Notes under the pieces: generated by a model
Told to the model about the DNA's origin: nothing
The model's input: only the letters and a program-made list of their open reading frames with translations
Databases searched by the model: none
Assembly: GCF_009914755.1 (NCBI RefSeq)
Contig: NC_060944.1
From: the human T2T-CHM13v2.0 reference genome, Homo sapiens
Direction: 5' to 3' (one strand)
Length of the DNA stretch: 64,000 nt
Made by a program: the position numbers and the translations under genes
Part shown: positions 38,321 to 63,160 of the stretch, piece by piece
Position numbering within the stretch: the first letter of the stretch is position 1
Layout: each line of letters starts with the position of its first letter

Positions 38321-38937
38321 TTATAATCAATCTTTACATGTTATTTTATAAGATGTTATTATTACCCTCCAGCCTTCTTTAAAAGATGATGAAACTAAGG
38401 CTCAGAGAGATGAAACACGTTCCTAGAGTCACATAGCTTATAAATGGTGAAGACAGGTTTAGATGCCAGGTCTTACTCTCCAAGGCTACGTTATCCTGCA
38501 AATTCTGGTGGACCTGGGAGGTAAAGGGGAAATACAATCAAGCTCTAGGTGGCAGATTGAGTTAGCAAGTACCCAGTGCCAAACGGAACTGTTGGCCCTG
38601 AGAGCTCAGAGTTCAGTTCTAAATTTATTCTCTCTGACCTTATTGTGGATTCTAAATTTGGCCAAACAAGTTCTTCCAGACCGATTAGTGACGTGGATAC
38701 ATTGTTTTGAAGATAAAACCCTTTTCCTGGTATGAAAGAAAAAAAATAATAATGCAGCATTTGCTTGCAGAAGCCACCCTGCCGCTGGTTAACAGCCATC
38801 TGAAAATGATTCTGGGTTTTCCACCTGATGGTGGACACATGTGCTTGTTGGCCGATTTCTTGGGGACAGTGATTAAAACCATTTCCTGAACCGAAGTCTG
38901 AATTTCTCCTCCTGAATGAACCAGAAACAAAACATCA

Positions 38938-39272
<335 letters not shown>

Positions 39273-39820
39273 ATTCTAACCAGAACCAAACTTAAAATTC
39301 TCCCAAAATTACAAATTAAGACCAAAATAGGCCTCTTTGGGTGGTTTCCAGGCCAGGGAGGAGTTATGGGGTCCTCGGATAATCACCAGCTGAGTCCTGA
39401 CTTCTCTGGGAAGGTATTGGGGTGACTGACCTGTTTGTGACCCCTTCTCAGACACCCTATCTCCAATCAGGTGGAGGAGGCACGTGACCCACATGGTCTG
39501 GCCACTGATGACTGAACAAGCTATGGACACCGGACCCCGGAGAGACCATTCACTCACTGGCCACGAACATGAGTTCAGATACATGCCCCAAAAGGATGAG
39601 CCTGGGTACTGGATTCCCTCCCTCAGAAACGTGAATCAAGAGACACAGGATGTTCCTGTTGGTCCAGATACTTGAGCTAAAAGGTGATGGATACCTGGAT
39701 GTGGGGTGGTCATTCTGGGGAGTACGTCCATATAGAAAGAGGAGCAGGTGCTGTGGGATTCTGGATCCCAGTGATAGAGCTAAGTGGCTGGATCAAGCTT
39801 CACCTGAAACCCACTCTACT

Positions 39821-40277
39821 TGTCTTAGTCCATTTTGTGTTGCTATAAAAGAATACCTGCAACTGGGTAATGTATAAAGAAAAGAGACTTATTTCATTTT
39901 ATAGCTCTGCAGTCTGAGACATTTAAAGGGATGGCCTTGACTTCTGGCAAGGGCTTGCACGTTGCATCACCACACGCAGGAAAAGGGAAAACAGAAGGGA
40001 GACTGCAAAAAAGGGGAAAACCTGAAGGTCATCATAGCTTTATAATAACCCACTCTCACAGCAATGAGTTAGATGGAGAACCAATTCAGTCTCACGAGAG
40101 TGACAGCAAGAACTCACTCACTGGTGAGAGGGTAGCACTTCCAAGCCATTCATGAGGGATTCACCTCCATAGCCCAACACCTCCCACTAGGCCCCGCCTC
40201 CCAACACTGCCACAGTGGAGATCAAATTGCAACATGAGTTTTGGTGGAGACAAACACCCCCTATCCAAATCACAGCA
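39821..40277 (-). mobile_element. MST-family (MSTB/C-like) solo LTR
   Basis: tgtcttagtccattttgtgttgctataaaagaatacctg..gggtaa...cacctcccactaggcccc..caacatgagttttggtgg..atccaaatcacagca; 5-bp TSD ctact/ctacc. Confidence 0.85.
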
Positions 40278-40354
40278 CTACCCCCGAACTTTCCATTACA
40301 CGAACCAAAGAATCTTCCTTTAAATTAGTGTCATTGGGTTTTCTGGGATTTACC

Positions 40355-40981
<627 letters not shown>

Positions 40982-42420
40982 AACATGTTTTTAATAACCA
41001 AAAGAAAATAAACATCTCCATAGCCTTGTGACACATCCTTTTTTAACCTGAAATTGGTAGAGTAGGTTTCTGATTCATAGAACCCAAACAAACATTCCTC
41101 CCTAAAGCAGGCAGAGGCTCTTTGGGAGAGTTTACTTTCAAAACAGTGTCCCTGCAAGTCCCAAGTGACAAGTTCCCCTTTCCTGGTCTGAAGCATTCTG
41201 AGGAGAGGCAAAGAGGTTAAGGCTTAGCTGCAGGAACACGCTGTCCCCACGACAACCCCTTCTCAGCCTCGGAACTGCTGTTATCAGAGTTGTGTTGTCT
41301 CTTGAAGGTCCGGACAAAGGGTGAAGCCAGGACTCCTGAGTCTAAAGGGCAGGTCGGGGCCTGGGAGAGAAGGGGAAGCTGGCCTGGGGCAGAGATATGT
41401 TTTCCATTTCCCCTGGGGTCCCGCGCAGGACAGCTGCTGTCCATAGCCAGTTCAGCCAACCGTGGGAGGAATCACATTCACTCGACAGGCAGGCAGTGGC
41501 GGCACTGGGATTTGAACATGGGGCTGATGGGCTCCAGGCGTGGCACCTGTGCCACTACAGTGCGGGGAAGCTCTGACTGCTGCAGCCTCCGTTGTCGCCA
41601 CATCTGCCCTCGAATTTCCCTTCCAGCTGGTTCTGCAATCAGCAGCCCCTCCAGACATCCCTGGGAGGCTCCAAGGAGCTGACTCCTGATGAGGAAAAGG
41701 ATCAGCCGCAGACTCACTCCTCCTCCAGCCACTTCCAGACCCACGGGAGGCGTGGGTGTGACCCAGACTACCTGGGAGCATCTGCTTTTGTCTTTATCCA
41801 GGGCAGGACCCTCTGAAGGAGGAGCCCTCAGAGAAGAAGGGAAAAGCCAAAAGGAATTAAAAGCCAATTTCCAAATGGAAATAAATAAGCAGTCATAATT
41901 GGCCACATTGGTGAAATTGGGCACTAAGGGCCAGGCAATGGGCTGTGGGATAATGTCACTTGAGGCTTACGGCCACGCTCAGAGGAAGGTGCTGAGGTCC
42001 AGGGAGGTTCAGGCAGGTGACATGACTCACCCAGAGCCACTGGCTGGAGAGTGGCAGGGCTAGCTTGGAGCCCAGGTGGTGGACTTCATAGGTGCAGCCG
42101 TGACTGCTGTCATCCCTCCCATGGGGAGTTGTTGCAGAGAGTGAGACACAGCGCCCTAAGCTATTTCTCCATCTGGTGTGCCTGGATGCCTCTGCCCACC
42201 CAGGACCCTCCTCTCGGGTGGCCCACCACTGCCCTTCCATCACAGTTCATACCTTCTCTCGTGGACCCACAGGGGTGTCCACTGGACCAGGACCCCAGGG
42301 AGGATCCCAGTCCTGGCCCCACCACTCTCTGGCCGTGGTGACACGGGGGAAGTCAATTCTTTCCAAGCCTCAGCTTTCTCACCTGTACAATGGGAGTTTG
42401 TGCTAGACAAGAAGTTTTCA

Positions 42421-42723
42421 GGACGGACACAGTGGCTCACGCCTGTAATCCCAACACTTGGGGAGGCCGAGGCGGGTGGGTCACTTGAGGTCAGGAGTTC
42501 GAGACCAGCCTGGCCAACATGGTGAAACCTCATCTCTACTAAAAATATAAAAATTAGCCAGATTGTCATAGCGCATGCCTGTAGTCCCAGTTACTCGGGA
42601 GACTGAAGCCAGGAGAATCACTTGAACCGGGGAGGTGGAGGTTGCAGTGGGCCAAGATCTCACCACTGTACTCCAGCCCGGGTGACAGAGAGAGACTGTC
42701 TCAAAAAAAAAAAAAAAAAAAAA
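42421..42723 (+). mobile_element. AluS
   Basis: Full Alu; TSD aagttttca. Confidence 0.94.
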
Positions 42724-43530
42724 GTTTTCAAACTGCTGACTGCACCTGTTTGTAGGCCCTGAGCTCAACTGAGTGAGTCACACAGGTATTCACTGACGTG
42801 ATTCTGCCTCCGAGGCCACATTTTCTCCAGTGCACCTCTGTCCTTCAGCAAGTGACCTGAGGCTGGGACTGCCACATGCTGCCTCCCATCAGCACCTTAC
42901 CCAGACCTACTGCTGGCTACAACGTGCTTAATGATTGTCAGGTGGCTCACATACCCTGTTCTGTTCGGCTTCACAGTGTCTGCCAGCCCGTGGAGTATGG
43001 CACAGTGGCTACTAGCCAGGGTCAGGCAGTGCGACTCCACCTCTCCAAGCGCCCCAGTGCAGCGTCTGATCATAGGGAATAACTCTACCTGCTTCACAGG
43101 ACTATTCTGTGAATACTAATTAGGATAACATATGTGAAGGTCTTGGCGTTGTGAGCACATGAGCCCAAGGTCAGCTCCCTAAAATGATGAAGTTCATATC
43201 ACAAGAGGCCCCTAGAGGTCAGGACAGCCTTTCGGTACCTTTCTATGGCAAACAAGCGGCTGGTTCTCTGCCACCTATTTTCTCCCCTTCATTGGGCAAG
43301 ACTGAGCTGGCAGAATAATGGCCACATCAGTATTTACTCTCTACTTTCTGGCTTCCCTAGATTGGTGCCAGCCATTTGTCCCCCCATCCAAGACAACCCT
43401 GATCCCCATCCCCAGAAGGAAAACACCTCACCTCTCTCACAATTTGAGAATGGCTGTCAACTCGAGCACATTATTAGATTTAATTGTATCTAATACTTGA
43501 ATACCTAATATATTACTTTCTCTCTCTCTC

Positions 43531-43915
<385 letters not shown>

Positions 43916-44284
43916 TGAGATCTCTGTGGTGGACAAACAGCGTGGCTGCTAGGCTGTGAGCCCTCGCGCCTGTCTGCTCTCCATGCTGTGCGCCACTCCT
44001 GAGAGCTGGGTCAGCAGTCGCACTGTTGGCTTTGCTCTGACCTCGAGTCTATTTCTTTTCCATGTGTGTGTGCAGCCGCTGCCTGGAGTGGAAATCTCCA
44101 CTGAGGGACAGACCTTCTTTCAAGGCTCACATCAGGCAGGATCCCACGGGAAAGGGGGCTGGCTGAGTCAGGAGGGTTCTCTGCCTGAGTTCCCGTGTGA
44201 CATTGGGCAAATCACTCAACGCTCAGAGCTGCGCATTTTTATCTCCATCTGCTTGGAGCAGGAATTGCAAAGAGTTTCAGCTCA

Positions 44285-45332
<1,048 letters not shown>

Positions 45333-45349
45333 GTGGGTTTCTTATGGCG

Positions 45350-45625
45350 AATGATCCCACACCACTTTTCAGTTCACGTAGTTACATGGAGTAGAACACA
45401 GACAGTCACACCTCCACGTTCTTTTGGCCACCATGACTGGTTCAACCAAGGAATCTGCTCCAAGCTAGGTGAAGGAAAATCAGCCCTAAGGCCCCCCGTC
45501 GCCACGCACCTCACTGTATCCAGCTATACCTAAAGCCAAACCGAATCCCAGACATCTAAATTTTATGAGCCAGTAAATTCCCTTCTTTGCTTAAGCCAGT
45601 ATAAATCAGGGTCCCATCCCTTGTA
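45350..45625 (+). mobile_element. MLT1K-like LTR fragment
   Basis: ccagctatacctaaagcc..atgagccagtaaattcccttctttgcttaagccag. Confidence 0.65.
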
Positions 45626-45719
45626 ATGCTGAGTCCCAAGGCCCAGACTCTGGGCCTTTCGTTTTTCCATTCAGGCCCCAGAATGAAGACCAAGGAAGGG
45701 TTTATTAACATGACAGTGA

Positions 45720-46494
<775 letters not shown>

Positions 46495-46510
46495 TAGGAC
46501 ACCCATTTCT

Positions 46511-46830
46511 TTGTTTGTTTTGTTTGTTTTTTGTTGTTGTTTGTTGTTTTTTTGAGACGGCGTCTCACTCTGTTGCCTAGGCTGGAGTGCGGTGGTGCCA
46601 TCTCAGCTCACTGCAACCTCTGCTGGGTTCAAGCGATTCTCCCTCCTCAGCCTCCCAAGTAGCTGGGACTACAGGCGTGTGCCACCATGCCCAGCTAATT
46701 TTTGTATTTTTTGTAGCAATGGGGTTTCACCATGTTGGCCAGGCTGGTCTCTAACTCCTGGCCTCAAGTGATCCACTGCCTTAGTCTCCCAAAGTGCTGG
46801 GATTACAGGCGTGAGTCACCGCGACCAGCC
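46511..46830 (-). mobile_element. AluSz-like with (TTG)n-rich tail
   Basis: Reverse Alu; flanked by aggacacc(c/t)atttct. Confidence 0.94.
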
Positions 46831-47252
46831 TAGGACACCTATTTCTTCAAACATAGGAAGAAACATCTTATCTGCATGATCCCTCCTGGGGAGCTATCTT
46901 ACGGTCTTATGTGATAAGGTGACCTCTCCTTTGGGTGAGTGGAGTAAAAAAGCGGGCGAGGTATCTGGAATATGCTTCTATCCCTCCTAACCTCCCCTAC
47001 AAACAAAGCTTTCCTGAATGCCTTGTCCTTAGCTTCCTGGACTCTGAACCTAGCTTGGCTAAATTTTCTTTTTAAAGCATCAGCATAAATCATGAATACC
47101 TTGGGAAGGGAACATTAACCATCAGCCGGCAAAGTTAAAATTCCCCTCCAGCCCACTTAAATGGACTGAAACCTCCACCCCATCCCCAAACGAGCCTCCC
47201 TGGCCTTGTCCTTGAACATTTCAAAATCGGGTTTCTGCTTTAAGTTCTTTAA

Positions 47253-47562
<310 letters not shown>

Positions 47563-48531
47563 CTGCTTTAAGTTCTTAACACGTCCTCACCGCGGCTCAG
47601 CTCACTGTACGGCCCCTGCATAGAGAGGGGAGGGCAGGGGCCATGATACTGAACTCACAGCTCTGGGCATTTCTGAAGTCTGGCCCTTGAAGCTTTTCCT
47701 AGAGCAAATTGTTTTCTTCTCCCCTTCAGGAAACTGAAAATTCACACAGCAGCCGTGGGAGTCAGAGTAGCAAAGGCTTTGAGATCACATAGACCTGGGA
47801 CACGTGCTTGCTTTGTGATTACGGGTAAGTTCCGTAGCCTCTCTGAGCTTCCATTTCTCTTTCTGTGGAAAGGGGATACTAATACTGCCCACTGTGAGGG
47901 CTGTTTCTGAGATTCCATGCTGCTGTGACTAGCATCTGCCTGACTAGCAGAGGATAGTTACAGTGTCAGCGTCCATGGCCCTCTCATGAGACTGGGGCAG
48001 GGGGTGGGAAGGGTGTTTGGGACACCCTGGGAACCTTAGCATCATTCTGCCATGGGAGTATGACCTGCTGTTCCCTGGCTGCCCTCAGTCTGAGGCTTGC
48101 TCTGCCAGTCCCGGGAGAACTGTCCACTCATCATCCCGGCAGAGACAGATCTCTTTTTCGCTGTGCACAGGTGGGGAAACTGACTCTGCCCAGTCACCTG
48201 AGTCTGTTGACAGAGGCACCTGGCCATCTGTATCCTGGTCCTCAGCTCTGAGACCAGCAGGAAAGAGAGGAGGACATTCCTAATGGGGGACACAGTGACC
48301 TTCCTCCTCCTGCCCCTGATGCTCCCACCACTGTGGTCCCCTGGTGGTGCCAACCACTCAGACTCCAGAAGCTGAGTCCCCTCTCAGTCCCATGAACAGG
48401 CAAAGCTGCTTCCTGCAGAGGCCCCAACCTTTGCGCCTCCTCCTCAGAGAATCTGATTCTCCCTCCTCAGTGCGGTTCCTTTCCCACACACACCCACACA
48501 ACAATCCAGACTCAGAGAATGGAGTGCCTCA

Positions 48532-49155
<624 letters not shown>

Positions 49156-49844
49156 CCCCTCTTCACCCAGCCACCCCGCTATTCATTCTGGATCCCCTTA
49201 CCCAACCCTGGTTCAGGACCACCTCTCCTGACCCCTAGGCTAGGTCAGGCCACTCTCCTGACACCCTCATTACTCATAGGCTTTCTCTTCAGCACTTTTA
49301 CCACGATTGTGACTAATTACATGTGTGATCATTTTGGTACCAGGTAATATTAATAGCTCGAAAAATATTACTGGGCTTTCCTCTTTGGCCTTTCTGGGTA
49401 AGTAGCCCTTCCCCTCTCAGGCCTGAGGCACCTGGCTACCTGGAAAATATTTGAATTTGTACAGAAGGAATAAAGAGGACCATGGCAGATCTAGTTCCTG
49501 ATCATCAACACAGACTTTGCTATGAGACAGTAGGTTTAGAAGTCACCGCTGCGCACTGACCCTCTGGGGGCTTGGGAGGAAAGTGCTCTGAGACCACCCT
49601 CCAGCAGCTTAGGGGTGGGGCCCCTGGAGGTGCAGCAAGTTGAGAGGAAGGAAGCCCTGGTGTTTCGCTTTCCTTGGCCACACTGGTCCCCTCCGGGCCA
49701 GGATGGGCTCAATGTGTTCTTGCTCAGGTAGGTGACACCTCATTAAGACAAGGGGCAGAGGGACCTGCAGAAGGGTCTGGGAGTAGATGGCTCAGGTAGG
49801 GGTCAGATGCAGTAGAGAAGAGGGGGCTCTGAAAAAAAAAAAAA

Positions 49845-50222
<378 letters not shown>

Positions 50223-50829
50223 CTACTGCCGGTTTCGGCCAAAATGCCAGAAAGCCAAGCAGCAATCTTGGGCATCGGACTTGGCTAGAAATCCCTCTCC
50301 TCCTGGGAAGTCTCGTCATCAACACCCAGACACCCCCACCCCCACCCACCCACCCAGTGCCAGCTTAGAGAAAAGCTGGGAGGAGCAGAAGGAAATTTGA
50401 GACCAAGCATTACCTAAAGGCCTAAAGTACTGGATCAGATTAAATTAAATCTAGTTCTTTTTCCTTGTTGCCCTATGAGTAGGCTTTGTGAGAAATATCA
50501 GATCCATTGCAGGAAATAAAGAAAAGACATGTTCTCTGCAGACCCACATGGCAGGTGAGTAAATGTACAGCATGGATATCCGTCACCAGCGGTGCATTCC
50601 CCTAGGCAGGCACCACACCGTCCTGTGGAGCATTGTGTTAGTAGGCGCTCAGTAAACACCCATGAAGTGAGTCAATGTATGATTAAATTCCAACCCTGCG
50701 TGGCAGCAGACAGGTGGCTGGTCTCTGGGACTGGGGAAGAACAAGGCTCTGTATGTAGTTGGCTTCCTCTGGAAGGACAGGTTTTAAGTCAGATCCGACT
50801 GGGTTCAAACCTTGGCTTGGCCAAGGCAG

Positions 50830-51510
<681 letters not shown>

Positions 51511-51665
51511 AATAGATAGATAACTAATAGCAATAGATAACTAATACAGCCACTCATTAGCTCTGCCCTCAGACCAGTTCTTAACCTGTATGTGTGTACC
51601 CTCATCTGAAAATGGGCATAATAGCACATCCCCACCATACAGGCTAATTGTGAGGACCACGAAAA

Positions 51666-52026
51666 TGAATGGATGGGTGGATGGGTAGATGGGTAGATGG
51701 ATGGAAGGATGGTTGGGTGGGTGAATAGATGAATGGGTGGGCGAAGGGATGGATGGATGGATGGATGGATAGATGGATGGATGGATGGATGAGTGGGTAG
51801 ATGGGTGGATGAGTGAGTGGGTGGGGATGGGTAAATTGGTGGATGGATAGATGGATGGGTGGAAGGAAGAAAAGATGGATGGATGGATGGATGGATGGAT
51901 AGGTGGATGAGTAGATGGTTAGGTGGATAGGTGGATGGGTGCGTGGATGGATGGATGGATGGATGGATGGGTAGGTGGGTGGGTGGGTGATTGGATGGAT
52001 GGAAGGATGGATGGGTGGATAGATGG
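51666..52026. repeat. Degenerate (GGAT/GGGT)n tetranucleotide tract
   Basis: Direct observation, about 360 bp. Confidence 0.93.
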
Positions 52027-52284
52027 AACCACTGGCTGGAGCCGTGTGAATATCACAGAATCAGGAAGTGAAGCCCAATCAGTAAGTCCCGATGGGGCTG
52101 TGAATAACCCTCACTGAGCAGCTGTCACAAGGCTAAGCACCTGGCTGTCCCCCTAGGAAAGCCCCTCACCAAGGTGAAGCTCTACCTCCGTCCTCACTTC
52201 ACCCGCAGCCAGTTCCTCCTGGGGCTGCAAAGGACCAGTGCTTAGAGCTACCTCTGGTCAGAAGCCAGCAGAGTCCTACAGTAA

Positions 52285-52887
<603 letters not shown>

Positions 52888-54444
52888 TAGCGCATGGAGA
52901 TTTGGGGGTAAACCCAGTGATGCTGAGTATGTGGGCTGCCCAAGCTGGGTGGCAACCAACCCCAGCATTGAATGTGCTGAGAGCTGGACCGGTGGATGTC
53001 CCCACTGCCCTGAGGCAGGTCCAGGAGAAGGCTCCTACCTGCTGTGCAGAGGGCAAGGTAAGTCTTGTCCTTGATCTACAGCCAGAAGACAGCAAGGGCT
53101 GCTTCTGTCTGCGTCCCAGCCTCCACTCTTCTCTAGATACCATCACCACCATGACAACTGCAGTTAACACTTAGTGAAGACCCCTAGGTGCCACGCGCCC
53201 ATGCAATACCCACAGACCCCTCTGAGGTAGGCCCTGTAATGGTCCCTACGTTAGGGAGGGGCGGTCCCAGGCCCAGCTGGTCAGTGAGGGAGGTAGGATT
53301 TGAACCCAGGCAGCCTGGCTTTGGGGCATTGCTCTCTGCCACGTGGCCGGTTCCTACACCCTTGCCAGCTACCCCCTGCAAAGGTGGCCAGCCTGGCTTT
53401 GTCCTTCAGGATCCTCTGATCTCTCTCAGGGGCCTCCAACCCACCCACTGGCTCTCCCTGCTGACAAAGCAACTATTTCCTGGCCCCAAAGCCCCAGTCT
53501 CTGGAAATGACCCTCCTTCCTTCTCCAGCTCATGGCTGTCAGAGGCTCCTAACTGCACCCACCCCCGATCAGCCAAAGCCAATTACTCCACGTCCAAGAC
53601 ACAGGCGTGTTAAAATGTAAACGGCCATTCATCATCTGGCAGCGTGACCGTTTGCCCCTATCAGGCCCCAGTCCGGCCTCACCACGCCTCCATGCTCTCC
53701 TCAGCGTCAAAGAAACAGCCTTGTCCTGCCAGGGCCTTCGCCAGGCCCGGCCTGGGAAGTCAGGGCTCTCTGACCCAATGGAGCGAATCGTTGCGAGCAT
53801 TTATTTAATAGCATTATCTTGATGATGAATAAATCACACCTTCATGAACCATTTTTCCATTTGTAGCCCCAAGTCAAGACTCCCAAAATGTTACCAGATG
53901 TCAGGCATGAAATATACACCCCTGGCAAGCTCTGCCATGCACAGGAGTCACGCTGCTTTCAATCCACGGGAGAGCCGGACACGAGCGTTCCAAGGCAGGA
54001 GCAGAACTCCATGTTGGCCATTATAAAGACAAGATTCCTTTTCCCCCGCTTTTTATAGCCTCTCTGGGTAAGATGTGTCTGGAAGGAGGTGTGGGCCAGG
54101 AAAGAGCATATGTCTGATGCCTGGGATTCCAGGACAGAAAGTACAGCCGACTCCAAGCTCTTGGGATGGGATTGGAGGGTCTCAAAACCTTGCCAGCTTT
54201 GGAGTCAGAGAGAAAAGAGTCCCAACCCCAGATTTATCATTTGCTAACAAATGTGACCTTGGGCAAATCAGCTCACCTCTCTGGCCCTCAACAGAGATAA
54301 TCCTGGGACCTATTTCACAGTCATGGAGAGGATTAAATGGGAAGAGGAATAAAAGGAGTTTGGAGAAGTGCCCAGGACATAGTATGCACTGAGCAAATTC
54401 CATAGTAAGAGGAGTATTAGTAATAGCTACTATTGATTAGGTGG

Positions 54445-55287
<843 letters not shown>

Positions 55288-56303
55288 GTGGTTACCATGC
55301 ACTAGGTTCTCTGCATTATAAATGCATCATATGTGTGAATTCACCTAAATCCTCACAACAACTGTAAGAGGTTACTATACCATGTTACAGAGAGAGTGAT
55401 CAAGACTCAGAGAAGTTAAGGGACTCATAGCTGGATCTAGATTTGAATTTGGTCTATCTGGTCTAAAGCCCACTTCTAAGGACCAACTGTGTATGCCAAG
55501 TGCTAGAGCCACTTCCTTGCTCAGTCCTCACCGACCACACTGTGCTATCTTTATTCACATTTTGCAGTTGAGGAAACAGGTTCAGGCAGGTCTGTCCAAG
55601 GCCACCCTATTTAGGGTCTGACAAAGCCAGGTTCATCTGACTCCAATGCCAACGCCCATGCTGTTGACCAGACCATCCCTGCCAACTTCCCAATATGAAT
55701 GCTTTGAGTGGCTCTCGGCCCCCGGGCTGTGGAACACCAGCACACCAGTGCCTGGAGGGCAGCAGCTGTCCAGCAAATGTCTGCTCATTCATTTGTTCAC
55801 GCATTCAGGGCAAGTCCAACGGCAGACGGGGCAGGAGATCCAGGGCCAGCATCGATGGTGCAGGGAGCCCTCTGGCCCCTTAAATATCCTCAGACAATCC
55901 CAGAAATCATTCCTGGGTCTACCTTATGTGGGTTTTCTAGAATAGCTACTGCTGAACTGTAGGGTAGTGAGGGAGAGACACAAATACAGGCAAAACCACA
56001 CAACAGCGAAGATTCCATAAGGGCAGGAGTGTTTTTCCACCAGGAAACAAGAACCAGTTCATCTGAGTTCCTTCGCCTTTTGTCCCAAGACACAAAAATG
56101 TCAAAAATGTGCAAGGGCTCTGGCCACAGATGGATACTGTGTCTCACCCCGACGGGCTGCTTCCTGCATGGGGCTGAAGGTCAGGGTGAAGGTTGCTGCC
56201 CTGAGAGTCAGGGGAAGTTGGTCTGCCTCCTGCTGTGTCACGTACTTGCCATGGTGTGTGGGATGAGGCCCATCATCTCCCAGAATTAAGCTGTAGCTGA
56301 CTA

Positions 56304-56872
<569 letters not shown>

Positions 56873-57297
56873 AGATACTGGGCCCTGTCCGTCAATCCAT
56901 TTGCAGTCACCAAGCACCAGCTGCGTGCACCGCATTGTGCCAATGTCTGGAAGGATGCTCACAACTATCAACACAGATAACTAATAATATCAACAATACC
57001 ACAGTGTAAATGCAAAGCAATATGTGCCTGGTCTCATTTAATTCTCACATCAAACCCTTGGGATACATATCATTAGCACCCTCATTTGCTAGAGAAAACT
57101 CAGTTCTGAGGGTGGATGATTTGCCAAGGCCCTGGGAATTCGGACTAACTCCCTTCATAGGTGGCTGCAAGTGCCTGTGGCCCAGACATTCCCATAGATA
57201 GGTCATTTTCTCACACCAGCTTATATTTCTTGTGCCAGACACAGGGTCCAAACCCATTTGCATTACGTCTCTGAGACTTCACAAGACCTTCCTGTGA

Positions 57298-57950
<653 letters not shown>

Positions 57951-58794
57951 TAGTCTGCTTTCAGATGAGGACACGGAGCCACAGGAGTTACAAGGGTGGA
58001 GGTGCTGGGAAGTCAGGACCAAAATCAGCCTCCTGACTCCCCATCTCATTTTCTCAATCATCATGGGTTTTGCCCCCCAAGAAGAGAACCAGCCACCATG
58101 GGTGCTAAACCGGTGGCTGATATAGCAAAGTGTGTTGGAGCAGAGATCCCAGCGGGCTTCCTAGAGGAAGATCACAAAAAATGGGCAGAGCCCACAAGGC
58201 ACAGTACAGGTTTCCTCTCTCCAGTCCACATAAGGGCATTCACCAGGAACCTGGGGGCTGGGTGGCCTTGGCCCAACCCTCTGAAACTCACCCTGTGGCT
58301 CCTCACTCACCAGATGGACACAGCAGGAATCTGTCCCACCTGGCTCAGGGAGGGCCTACCCCCACCTCCCACCCCACCCCACAGGCCTGTTTGCATGCCA
58401 GGCCAGAGCTGGCCACATGCCCACATATCTCTCCTCGTTCTGCAGGCTCCGGGAAGGAAAGTCCAAGGCCAAGGTTATCATGGGGTTCACATACCTTAAG
58501 GGGTGGGTGGAGGGGTTGGCTCACAAGCTACAGGTTATTCAATGCAGTGCTATTCGTGATCACAAAAGATCGGAACTGATCTCACGTCCATCATCAGGGG
58601 ACTGGACTAAGATATTTTGGCACAACCACATACGACTCAAGTGTCAAGGGAGGAAGAGTGGGGGAGTCTTGAATAAATAACAAAAGCTGGCGTTGACACA
58701 GGACTTTGCACATGGTGGAGGCTCCTTGCAAGTGCTTTGCATGTTATTAACTCATTCAATCCTTACATCACCCCAGGAGGAGGAACCATTATTA

Positions 58795-60218
<1,424 letters not shown>

Positions 60219-60919
60219 TTACGGCCAGCGGGGCCCACTGATTATTTTTATAGCCTTTCCTGGAGTCATGACAAGGAAAACTAAATGATCCACAGGACCC
60301 CTTTCATCACTAACAGCCGGGTTTCACGGTTGGGGGTGGAGGAAGGAAAGAAAAATCACTTTTTTCCCCACTTTGAGTTAATCAACAGAACTCAAGTCTG
60401 GGCAGCCAATATGTTGGTGTTGAGAAAAGCTGTTCTCAAGCAGAACTAATTGGCAACAGAAATGGAATTTTCTTCCCCACCTCCCTAAAAAACATAAACA
60501 TGCTTTATCCCAGAGAATTACCCTTCAGAATAGGTATTGCAGACGTGTCGTGTGCAGCCGCCTGTGCGAGGCTGGTAATCTCACGCCGACCTGGCCAAAG
60601 GCTGCCTGTGCTGGTTACAGCTCAACCAGAGCAGCCTCTTACGCAATACAATGGTCATGAAGGTCAGTGGCCCAAACCAGCCCAGCCAGACCAGAGTGGA
60701 CACTTGCTTTCCTGATGCCCAGCACCTATCTCCTGCTCCTACGAACAGCCTTTGGCTTTTGTTGGGTCGGGGGGTGGGAGGGCACCCTGATTTGCAGGTA
60801 CAAGTGTGAGTGGCATTGATACCCCCTCAACTCCAGAGATGAGCTCTGACAGGCGTAAGCCAAAGAACATATTCCGGGGAAATTTCAAGAAGGGGCATAT
60901 GACCTAACAAGAAACAATA

Positions 60920-61230
60920 GCTGGCACAGTGGCTCACACCTTAATCCCAGGACTTTGGGGGGCTAAGGCGGGTGAATCTATTTCAGCTCAGGAGTTTGAG
61001 ACCAGCCTGATCAACAAAGTGAGACCCCAGTCTCTGCAAAAAATAAAAACTGGCTGGGCGTGGTGGTGCATGCCTGTAGTCCCAGCTACTTGGGAGGCTG
61101 AGATGGGAGGATCTGCTTGAGCCCAGGAGGTGGAGGCTGCAGTGAGCCAAGATTGCACCACTGCACTCCAGCCTGGGCGACAAAGCCAAACTCTGTCTCA
61201 AAAAAAAAAAAAAAAAAAAAAAGAAAAGAA
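60920..61230 (+). mobile_element. AluJ
   Basis: Alu consensus. Confidence 0.9.
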
Positions 61231-61269
61231 ACAATAAGGCACTAGAAAAAAAAAAAACATATAATGAGG

Positions 61270-61640
61270 CTTCTGGAAAAGATAGCTCTTTTTATTTTAG
61301 AGAAATTGAGGTTCAAAGACGTGATGTAACTGCTCAGAGGTATACAGTGAGGTGGTAGGGGATCCAGGGTTTGAACCCAAGTCTGTAGGACTGAGGAGTT
61401 TGCAACCCTTCACTGCAGGCGCTACTGAAAGGCAGCATAAACCTTGGACGAAGCCAGAAGAGCTGGATTCAAACCCAGTTCTGCCATTTACTCCCTGTGT
61501 AATTTCAGGCAAGTCACTTAACCTCTCTGTTCCTCAGTTTCCATATCTGTAAAGTGGGGCTTCTAAGGGCACCTCCATTTGCAGGATCTGAGAGGTAAAT
61601 AATTAACAGCAATATCTGTAAAGTGCATGCAACAGTGCCT
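61270..61640. mobile_element. Two MIR fragments in opposite orientation
   Basis: gaaattgaggttcaaaga..gtttgaacccaagtctg and ggcaagtcacttaacctctctgttcctcagtttcc. Confidence 0.7.
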
Positions 61641-61914
61641 GTCACGGACCAAGGATTCGCCCCTTCCTCACCACACCATTCCCCACACGCGTTGAGAACC
61701 AGACCAAATAAAAGGAGGTGGAGGGGAGGAAGGAAAAGTTGATGTTATCAGATCTGTAATCCCCACCCCATGTGTTCCTTTCTGTAGCACAGCTGCCAGG
61801 CTTGCCTCTCCTGCAGGAGAAGCTGTGCCACAAAGATGTGGGACGTCACAAACACGCAGCCCATTCAAGGCTTTTGGACATTCCAGCCCCGTCCTTGATG
61901 TCAGTCAAGATCTA

Positions 61915-63160
<1,246 letters not shown>

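Noticed and set aside
51923-52117. MDGW-repeat ORF
   Set aside because: Translation of the (GGAT)n tract.
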